DNA from: Candidatus Bipolaricaulia bacterium
Lineage (GTDB): Bacteria; Bipolaricaulota; Bipolaricaulia; JBHIAT01
Length of the DNA stretch: 20,403 nt
Assembly: GCA_046758705.1 (NCBI GenBank)
Contig: JBHIAT010000054.1
Coordinates: 1-20,403 of the forward strand
Direction of reading: 5' to 3'
Below the pieces are notes generated by a model. It ran no database searches and was not told the origin of the DNA. It saw nothing but the letters and a program-made list of their open reading frames with translations. The number at the start of each line of letters is the position of its first letter. Positions within the stretch are counted from its first letter, which is position 1. This document shows positions 17,561 through 20,403 of the stretch, piece after piece. The position numbers and the translations under genes were made by a program.

Positions 17561-18275
17561 ATGATCCCGATGCCCAACAAAGCCACAGTTGCATCGGTAG
17601 ACGCGCCCGTTGACAATCAGTCCATCCGAAGTCGTAGCCAAGTGAATCTCGCCTAAGTCGATGCCCACCGCTCGCCCCGCCTTAATCGGATGGACGTTGG
17701 GGAGTACGTAGGTGGCAATCGCTTCGTATTGTTCCCCATCCCAACGAATCACCACCGTCTTAGGAGTTTCCCAAGACCAAGGAATCTCCAACGGGGCGAC
17801 ATTGCGCCCGTTGCTCAAGCGCAAGACGCCATCTTTGTGGATGATGGCACTCGATTTGTATTCGATGCGAAAGTAGCGGCACAGCCGCTTGGGAGGTTTC
17901 GCTTGGGGGTCTTCCTTCCGACGGATTCTCCAACTCTTGAGGGCCGAAAAGAAGGCTTGAACGCAGGCATCAGCCGTGTGAGCGTGAAGCATATCGGAGT
18001 TAACCCAGCGCATCAGGTGCCTCGGTTTGAGCCAAAGCCCCTTGTGCCGCACCGTCCTCCAGAAGCAAACCAAGGTTTGGGAATAGACTCGTCCACATTC
18101 CAAGGCCAATTGATCCAGAAGCGAACTCTTACCGATCTTGAGCCGACGCACCCGATACATTTAAATCTTCCGCACCTCGATATCAACATCAAGGTAGCAT
18201 ATACCGACTCCAAGATCAACAAGCTGCCTTATCTGCTGGGGCTAAAACCCCACAGCTTGCGGCGGCGCGATTTAT
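17403..18275 (-). mobile_element. Non-autonomous IS200/IS605-family element (tnpB only, IS1341-like), 873 bp
   Basis: On the minus strand, the target/TAM TTGAC (18276-18280) precedes a left end with hairpin CAAG-CTGTGGGGT-TTTA-GCCCCAGCAG. The right end has the homologous hairpin GAAG-CTGCGCGAC-TTTA-GTCGCTGCGG and ends in TCAC (17403-17406). The guide/cleavage pairs CAAG/TGAC and GAAG/TCAC follow the IS608-type pairing rule. No tnpA. Confidence 0.85.
17420..18160 (-). CDS. tnpB: TnpB with a large in-frame internal deletion (probably nuclease-dead or a pseudogene)
   Basis: TnpB-like N-terminal region and RuvC-I (GIDLGEIHLA) are joined within about 15 aa to a half zinc finger and RuvC-III (VYRCNCG...HRDHVGAVNI). 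No bridge helix or RuvC-II segment; 246 aa. The stop codon lies in the right-end hairpin. Confidence 0.85.
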   Translation of the reverse strand: MYRVRRLKIGKSSLLDQLALECGRVYSQTLVCFWRTVRHKGLWLKPRHLMRWVNSDMLHAHTADACVQAFFSALKSWRIRRKEDPQAKPPKRLCRYFRIEYKSSAIIHKDGVLRLSNGRNVAPLEIPWSWETPKTVVIRWDGEQYEAIATYVLPNVHPIKAGRAVGIDLGEIHLATTSDGLIVNGRVYRCNCGFVGHRDHVGAVNILSKYLGQVPVAGLMARPTGWRFQAHARVARGFELREAARL

Positions 18276-18306
18276 GTCAAAAGCGCCTCGGTCTTCGCCG
18301 GGGAAG

Positions 18307-18335
18307 TTGCCTTCGACTCAACGACGTGCTAATAT
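18307..18335 (+). promoter_or_regulatory. Putative sigma70-type promoter of glmS
   Basis: TTGCCT-N17-TAATAT with an extended -10 TG; AAGGAGG RBS before GTG 18394. Confidence 0.6.
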
Positions 18336-18393
18336 GTTAAATCGACATCAGAAGCCGGGATTCAAACACCCCTGAGAGGAAAAGGAGGCGGAT

Positions 18394-20229
<1,836 letters not shown>

Positions 20230-20291
20230 GGGCATAGACTAACGATCGCAATCGCTCTTCCACAGCATGTTAGCTTTTCTGTCACTGCCAT

Positions 20292-20320
20292 TTGACAGAT
20301 GGATGTTAGAGGTATATAAT
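20292..20320 (+). promoter_or_regulatory. Perfect-consensus sigma70 promoter for a gene beyond the window
   Basis: TTGACA (20292-20297)-N17-TATAAT (20315-20320). Confidence 0.8.
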
Positions 20321-20403
20321 TTTAATAATAATAATCTAATAAAATTATCCTAGCTACCGTACACTTTTCTAGAAGTAAGGTCTGAAGCCAACATGCACAT
20401 GTT

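Noticed and set aside
18013..18222. 69-aa ORF upstream of tnpB as a TnpA remnant
   Set aside because: No HUH or catalytic Tyr motif and no serine-recombinase motif; it mostly overlaps tnpB out of frame.
17392..18281. 9-bp direct repeat TATGTCAAA at 17392-17400 and 18273-18281 as a target-site duplication
   Set aside because: IS200/IS605 elements make no duplications. One copy straddles the left junction and the other is offset 2 nt from the right end. It is better explained as the TAM plus a chance -35-like sequence.
18281..18393. glmS ribozyme (AAGCGCC start resembles the cleavage-site motif)
   Set aside because: The conserved GACGAGG and downstream core are absent, and the predicted promoter (18307-18335) lies 3' of AGCGCC, leaving a leader of only about 50 nt.
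20230..20290. Tn7 end at attTn7
   Set aside because: No TGT-initiated end at the expected distance from the glmS stop and no recognisable repeated TnsB sites.

Overview
A mostly GC-rich bacterial chromosomal window, probably from a diderm since it carries lptB, an lptF/G gene and a LolA-like gene. It is largely metabolic and housekeeping, with one small mobile element. Left to right: (1) a tightly coupled minus-strand operon with its own sigma70-type promoter, npdG (F420H2:NADP+ oxidoreductase) - cofE (F420-0:glutamate ligase) - iolG - iolB - D-2-hydroxyacid dehydrogenase; (2) an AT-richer EamA/DMT transporter; (3) a plus-strand homocitrate synthase with a C-terminal Lrp/AsnC-type RAM domain, followed by large and small homoaconitase/isopropylmalate isomerase subunits; (4) an orphan ABC sugar-binding protein divergent from an M32 carboxypeptidase; (5) minus-strand pgk, tRNA-Gly(CCC), family-4 uracil-DNA glycosylase, a TPR membrane protein, lptB and lptF/G; (6) a LolA-like gene convergent with a DUF151 nuclease; (7) an 873-bp non-autonomous IS200/IS605-family element with both ends intact, encoding a TnpB with a large in-frame internal deletion; (8) glmS, then a perfect-consensus promoter for a gene beyond the window. 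The best leads are the F420/inositol operon, the mini-TnpB element, the archaeal-type homocitrate cassette, a UDG lacking its Fe-S cysteines, a PGK with altered nucleotide-site motifs, and an over-represented CGATCG palindrome. All calls come from motif recognition by eye; no database searches were run.
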